Shown here: positions 63,543 to 64,000 of the stretch, piece after piece
Numbering within the stretch: the first letter of the stretch is position 1
Layout: each line of letters begins with the position of its first letter
Assembly (NCBI GenBank): GCA_965214095.1
Contig: OZ243938.1
Location: 3,616,001 to 3,680,000, forward strand
Source: Candidatus Poribacteria bacterium
Lineage (GTDB): Bacteria; Poribacteria; WGA-4E; WGA-3G
Direction of reading: 5' to 3'
Length of the DNA: 64,000 bases
Notes under the pieces: generated by a model
Seen by the model: only the letters and a program-made list of their open reading frames with translations
What the model was told of the DNA's origin: nothing
The model's database searches: none
Program-made: the position numbers and the translations under genes

Positions 63543-64000
63543 CTATTTTAATATAACAAGCTGCCGTATTTGCTGGAAAGATGACGTTTCCAATCGGTAG
63601 AAATAGACACCACTTGCAACCCGTTCACCTAAAGCATTTCTACCATCCCAATACGCAGCACGTCCTTGGTTGTGATAGAAACCTTCGGACTGATACCCTA
63701 TAGTAAGCGTCCGAACAAGTCCACCTGTTGAATCATATATTGATATGGATACAGGGGACGCAACTGACAACTGATACGGAATCCACGTCTCAGGATTGAA
63801 CGGATTCGGATAGTTCTGCAACAACTTATCTTTGTTCGGTTGACCGATACTATCCAGTGTGACAGGAAGCAAAGCATTCGCTAAGTTATCAGGTGTTACC
63901 GTAAAGATGTATCTCTCAGAGGCAACGTTTCCGTTGGTATCAGTGACGGTAACTTCCAGTGTATCACCAACTTGCACAACGCTTCGATAGCTCAGGTCTG
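63543..64000 (-). CDS. 3' end of a paralog of 61128-62999 (partial)
   Basis: The visible 144 aa are nearly identical to the neighbour's C-terminus. Confidence 0.85.
   Translation of the reverse strand, partial: DLSYRSVVQVGDTLEVTVTDTNGNVASERYIFTVTPDNLANALLPVTLDSIGQPNKDKLLQNYPNPFNPETWIPYQLSVASPVSISIYDSTGGLVRTLTIGYQSEGFYHNQGRAAYWDGRNALGERVASGVYFYRLETSSFQQIRQLVILK

Noticed and set aside
1-64000. tRNA, rRNA, prophage or RAYT transposase
   Set aside because: None was recognisable by eye.

Overview
AT-rich bacterial chromosomal segment. The C-terminal 'KL.T.WG.LK' tails, FlgD-Ig 'NYPNPFNPETWIPYQL' tails and LamG/lamin-tail exoproteins suggest Candidatus Poribacteria (inference). Genes include an Fe(III) ABC binding protein and permease, a DUF4956/CotH pair, an ECF sigma/anti-sigma/RseB-like trio, pepA, a selenocysteine formate dehydrogenase (shown as two ORFs in the track), TRAP dctQM, two LarA-like paralogs, pyrG, kdsB, a TonB receptor/ZIP pair and two paralogous ~1400-1500 aa lamin-tail surface proteins. 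Intergenic DNA is packed with GTAG-type REPs and nested MITEs. Three observations stand out. (1) A GxxExxY (PD-(D/E)XK) gene is bracketed by two 168-bp copies of a palindromic element that is dispersed across the window, a RAYT/REPIN-like layout with a different enzyme. (2) An IS4-family element and its 171-bp MITEs insert at REP hairpins with an apparent 20-bp duplication, and the MITEs carry REPs inside. (3) Both giant surface-protein genes have 5'-leader/3'-trailer complementarity that could close each ~4.3-4.5 kb ORF into a loop. All calls were made by eye; no searches were run.
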